DNA of 62,494 bases, counting the filler. It is 11 parts of 11 records of this genome, joined end to end, with 100 filler letters (N's around TTAATTAATTAA, not from the genome) between each part and the next. Parts side by side here need not be neighbours in the genome. Positions count along the whole stretch, not along the records: positions 56,135 to 62,494 come from SRR31147125_97050; 10 more parts are not named here. One strand, written 5' to 3'. Numbering within the stretch: position 1 is the stretch's first letter; the number at the start of each line of letters is the position of its first letter. The notes under the pieces are model-generated. The model searched no databases. It was not told where the DNA came from and was given only the letters and a program-made list of their open reading frames with translations. Both the position numbers and the translations under genes were made by a program. This document shows positions 58,948 to 62,494 of this stretch, in pieces.

Positions 58948-60134
58948 TGGGAGAGAAAAAAGGATATTTTGGAGAATACGGAGGCATGTTTGTGCCCGAA
59001 ACGCTGATGGGGACGCTGCTTACGCTGGAAGAAACGTATGACCGTTTTAAGGACGATGCGGAATTTCTAAAAGAAAAAGAATATTATCTGAGTGAATACG
59101 CAGGCAGAGAGACACCGCTTTATTATGCACAGCGCATGACGGAAAAACTTGGCGGCGGCAAGGTCTACCTAAAACGTGAGGACTTGAACCATACAGGCTC
59201 GCATAAATTAAACAACGTAATTGGGCAGATGCTTCTTGCAAAACGTATGGGCAAAAAACGCATTGTTGCAGAGACGGGGGCGGGTCAGCATGGTGTTGCG
59301 ACTGCGACGATTGTTGCGCTTTTTGGGCTGCCGTGCGAGGTGTATATGGGTGCGGAGGATACCAAAAGACAGGCGCTGAATGTGTTTCGTATGGAGCTTC
59401 TTGGCGCCAAGGTTCATCCCGTATACACGGGAACGGCAACATTGAAGGATGCGACGAGTGAGGCAATTCGCGATTGGACAGCAAATTTCAAGGATACGTT
59501 TTATGTTATTGGGTCGGTTGTGGGGCCAAGTCCGTATCCGCATATGGTGAGAGATTTTCAGAGCGTTATCGGAAGCGAGGCGAAGCGGCAGATAATGAAA
59601 GAAGAGGGCAGAATGCCGGACTATTTGATCGCGTGCGTTGGCGGCGGCAGTAACGCAATGGGGCTTTTTTACCCGTTTGTTGAGGAAACGCAGACGAAAA
59701 TGATTGCGGTGGAAGCGGGCGGAGAAGGTATTGATACACACAACCATGCCGCGGCGATAAGCAAGGGAAGTCCCGGTGTGCTGCATGGAATGAAGTCATA
59801 CTTTTTGCAGGATAAATTCGGGCAGATTTCGCCTGTGCATTCAATATCGGCAGGGCTCGATTACCCAGGTATCGGACCGGAGCACGCACAGCTGCATGAA
59901 TCGGGTCGTGCGCAGTTTGAGTCGGTAACCGACGATGAAGCGGTAGAAGCTTTTGAAATGCTGTCAAAAACGGAAGGAATTATGCCCGCGCTCGAAAGCG
60001 CTCACGCAATCGCATACGCGTGCAAGATGGTACCGAAAACGAAAAAGGATGATATCATCATCGTTAATGTGTCGGGTAGGGGAGATAAAGATGTATATTC
60101 GGTGGCAAAGCATATGGGGGTAAGTATCACATGA
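58944..60134 (+). CDS. trpB: Tryptophan synthase beta chain
   Basis: [30 protein letters not shown]. Confidence 0.97.
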   Translation: MMGEKKGYFGEYGGMFVPETLMGTLLTLEETYDRFKDDAEFLKEKEYYLSEYAGRETPLYYAQRMTEKLGGGKVYLKREDLNHTGSHKLNNVIGQMLLAKRMGKKRIVAETGAGQHGVATATIVALFGLPCEVYMGAEDTKRQALNVFRMELLGAKVHPVYTGTATLKDATSEAIRDWTANFKDTFYVIGSVVGPSPYPHMVRDFQSVIGSEAKRQIMKEEGRMPDYLIACVGGGSNAMGLFYPFVEETQTKMIAVEAGGEGIDTHNHAAAISKGSPGVLHGMKSYFLQDKFGQISPVHSISAGLDYPGIGPEHAQLHESGRAQFESVTDDEAVEAFEMLSKTEGIMPALESAHAIAYACKMVPKTKKDDIIIVNVSGRGDKDVYSVAKHMGVSIT

Positions 60135-60919
60135 CAAGAATAGATAGAAAGTTTACAGAGCTCAAAGAGCGCGGAGAAAAGGCGCTGGTTCCGTTCTTTT
60201 TTGCGGGAGATCCGGATATAGAAGTGACAAGAGAGCTTGTTTTGGAGCTGGAAAAGGCGGGGGCGGATATCATTGAGCTTGGTATACCGTATACCGATCC
60301 ACTGGCGGATGGTCCGGTCAATCAGGCTGCAGCGGCACGAGCGCTGAAAAACGGCGTAACGTTGACAGATATATTGGAACTGGTCAAGAAGCTGCGCGAA
60401 GAAACCCAGATACCCATTGCGTTTTTACTGTATTTCAATTGTGTGATGCAGTACGGCGTCGAGCGTTTTTTGAGTGACTGTGTTTCTGCGGGTGTTGACG
60501 GTTTGGTTATACCCGATCTACCGTATGAAGAAAGACATAAGTATGACGCGGTTTTTAATCGGTACGACGTGGATATCATCCCGTTGGTTACGCCGGTATC
60601 GGGTAAACGCATTCAAAAAATCGTGGGTGGCAGCAGCGGCTTTGTTTATTGTGTAACATCCACAGGTACGACGGGTGTACGCAGTGAGTTCGCGACGGAC
60701 TTCGAGCGTTTTATGGGAGAGGTAAAGTCGTATACCGATACCCCAAGGGTGCTTGGGTTTGGCATTTCGACAACGGAACACGTAAAAGCGTTGAAAGACT
60801 ACGGCGAAGGATTGATCGTTGGCAGTGCCATTGTTAAGAGGATGGAACAGAAAGACAAAGCAGAAATGATTAAGTCGGTTGCGGGATTTGTAAAAGAGCT
60901 TAAGCAGGCGACGCGATGA
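60131..60919 (+). CDS. trpA: Tryptophan synthase alpha chain
   Basis: [28 protein letters not shown]. Confidence 0.97.
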   Translation: MTRIDRKFTELKERGEKALVPFFFAGDPDIEVTRELVLELEKAGADIIELGIPYTDPLADGPVNQAAAARALKNGVTLTDILELVKKLREETQIPIAFLLYFNCVMQYGVERFLSDCVSAGVDGLVIPDLPYEERHKYDAVFNRYDVDIIPLVTPVSGKRIQKIVGGSSGFVYCVTSTGTTGVRSEFATDFERFMGEVKSYTDTPRVLGFGISTTEHVKALKDYGEGLIVGSAIVKRMEQKDKAEMIKSVAGFVKELKQATR

Positions 60920-60937
60920 AATAAACACATAAAAACT

Positions 60938-60986
60938 GAAAACGCCTGATGCAGGAATGAATCCTGATCGGCGGTTTTGCTTTTTA
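60938..60986 (+). terminator. Rho-independent terminator of the trp operon
   Basis: AAACGCC-TGATGCAGGA...TCCTGATC-GGCGGTTTT followed by a T-rich tail. Confidence 0.65.
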
Positions 60987-61057
60987 TACTGAAGACAGAA
61001 CTATAGATGATGTCATGCTGTAGCCACATGCACATCATTACTATCGGTAAATAGTCT

Positions 61058-61085
61058 GGGATTCCTCACTTCGTTCGGAATGACA
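61058..61085. repeat. REP-like short element
   Basis: GGGATTCCTCACTTCGTTCGGAATGACA with ATTCC/GGAAT arms; resembles a widespread intergenic repeat (from memory); single copy here. Confidence 0.45.
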
Positions 61086-61150
61086 TAATCTATTTTGTTT
61101 ATGAAAAAAACACAATTGCGCATTTCGCATTCCTAATTCCAAATGGTGCG

Positions 61151-62071
61151 CTAGGTTGGAAGCTGACCGTTTAGGCGGTTAAAAGCATATTGTCCGCTTG
61201 CGGTGAGGTGCTTGCTTGTCCAGCCGCCGTTTGGTGCGTCAGGGACTAGCGCCGCACTGGTTTCGTCGCGGTCTCCTAAATTCCAGTTGCACCAGCAAAG
61301 ATTGTGCTGAGCCATGAATTTGATCCAAACGTCACTTTCCTTTATGAATACGCCGCCGTTACCGTCCGCCGCGCTGGTTCCCCATTCGCTGACGAATATC
61401 GGCGCACCCAATTCAAGCGCTTTGACGCATTTAGCTCGAAGTTTATCGCCGTGCGAACCCGCATAGAAGTGCAGACTATACATGATATTGTCAAACGCAA
61501 GAGGGTCTGCCGCGCAGATGTCTACATCTTGACTCCATGTAGGTGTGCCGACGAGAATGATTGCATTGAGTGCATTTTGGCGTATAACGGGAATGATGCG
61601 CTCGGCATACGGTTTAACATTACTCGCCCATGTAACCTCACCGCCGTTGGGTTCGTTGCATATTTCGTATATGACACCTGGAGCGTTTTGATAGCGTCGG
61701 CTCATTCTGCCAAAGAACGCGGCAGCTTCATCAATGTTTTGCATAGGGTCGTTATCAAACAGTATGTGCCAGTCGATAATTGCGTACATATCAAGCGCTA
61801 ACGTATCGTCGATTGTGTGGATTACGTCCTGCTCAATGTCGGGATTAGTGAGGTAGCCGCCCTCGTCCGTATACATTGCGACGCGAAATACATTCGCACC
61901 AACTTGTTTCGTGGTTTCTATTCCCTCGGTACGCGCAAACTGAGGATACCATTGCATACCGTGGCTGCTCATACCGCGCAGTACTGTCTTTCTTCCCTTA
62001 TGATCCACGAGCGTTGTTCCGTTTACAGACAATTCACCATGACAAGATATTCCGTGCCATGATTGTTCCAT
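61151..62071 (-). CDS. GH5 endoglucanase (subfamily 2-like), no signal peptide
   Basis: LRGMSSHG, IIDWH, ICNEP (acid/base Glu), HFYAG, FVSEWG (nucleophile Glu); GGAGG RBS before ATG 62071. Confidence 0.92.
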   Translation of the reverse strand: MEQSWHGISCHGELSVNGTTLVDHKGRKTVLRGMSSHGMQWYPQFARTEGIETTKQVGANVFRVAMYTDEGGYLTNPDIEQDVIHTIDDTLALDMYAIIDWHILFDNDPMQNIDEAAAFFGRMSRRYQNAPGVIYEICNEPNGGEVTWASNVKPYAERIIPVIRQNALNAIILVGTPTWSQDVDICAADPLAFDNIMYSLHFYAGSHGDKLRAKCVKALELGAPIFVSEWGTSAADGNGGVFIKESDVWIKFMAQHNLCWCNWNLGDRDETSAALVPDAPNGGWTSKHLTASGQYAFNRLNGQLPT

Positions 62072-62112
62072 AGCTGGCCTCCAAAACGTATTCTTATAGT
62101 TTAACAAGCAAC

Positions 62113-62494
62113 CTAAACTTGTTCATCATCCAGATTGATATAGTATCGCTTAACGTTATCTTTGCCAGTGACAATGCGCGTTTGCGCGTCGTGTTCTGCG
62201 CGAAGCAGACTCTCTTCTGCGGATTCGCCGCAATACGCGGTAGCACTGCCTTTGATATGGTAAGTAAGGCCGTCGCCGGGGCGAACGGCACGAGAAAGCC
62301 GACTCAAGGCCTTGCATGCGGCGGTGTAATCTGTTTCGATTAGCAGCATACCGAATCGGTTTTCTGAGACGCGTGCCAAGATGTCTATTTCACGCGCAGC
62401 CTTTTGCAATTGCAGCGCCGCATGTGAAATGCACATACGCTTGTAATCTGCTCGTGAAATATCTTTTATACTTCCGGTCGGTACAATACTGAAT
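62113..62494 (-). CDS. Degenerate GGDEF-domain protein, 5'-truncated
   Basis: REIDILARVSENRFGMLLIETD: RxxD I-site present, GGDEF replaced by SENRF. Confidence 0.6.
   Translation of the reverse strand, partial: FSIVPTGSIKDISRADYKRMCISHAALQLQKAAREIDILARVSENRFGMLLIETDYTAACKALSRLSRAVRPGDGLTYHIKGSATAYCGESAEESLLRAEHDAQTRIVTGKDNVKRYYINLDDEQV

Overview
This window is not one locus. It is 11 unrelated contigs of about 5-6.6 kb joined by artificial 100-nt linkers (N44-TTAATTAATTAA-N44), so it is metagenome-type data. Taxonomic labels are inferred from protein style and promoters only. C1 (1-5030): HerA/DUF87-like ATPase missed by the ORF track, muconolactone-isomerase-like protein, Amj flippase, Tat arylsulfatase. 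C2 (5131-10626, Desulfobacterales-like): orphan trpB, plus a racemase and an HcnABC/opine-oxidase-like dehydrogenase. C3 (10727-17341): a 73-74 bp tandem hairpin repeat, TctA(-TctB), a CapA-family protein and two MmgE/PrpD proteins. C4 (17442-23313): NRAMP-like transporter, two putative glycan-active proteins, LacI with an operator. C5 (23414-28944, Bacteroidota): era fragment, long KamA-like radical SAM protein, deacetylase, dapF, and a 5x15-bp palindromic array abutting an ATPase gene. C6 (29045-34273, Bacteroidota): T9SS cargo with an apparently dead trypsin-like domain, PAS histidine kinase, pruA. C7 (34374-39829): CBM9/DUF5916 protein, lipoprotein, sulfatase, RAYT transposase with REPs. 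C8 (39930-45051): araB-araD-araA-galM and a XylR-like regulator. C9 and C10 (45152-56034) are EUKARYOTIC: a compact genome with roughly 38-69 nt spliceosomal introns encoding OSCA/TMEM63, an unknown membrane protein, TRAPPC8 and TARBP1/Trm3. C11 (56135-62494, clostridial): trpGDCFBA, a GH5 cellulase and a degenerate GGDEF protein. About a dozen frameshifts, mostly in homopolymer runs, are probably sequencing errors. No CRISPR array, rRNA or tRNA was seen. The best leads are the two unexplained repeat arrays, the protist contigs (GC-AG intron, G-tract introns), the pseudo-protease and the TctA-CapA-PrpD catabolic cluster.
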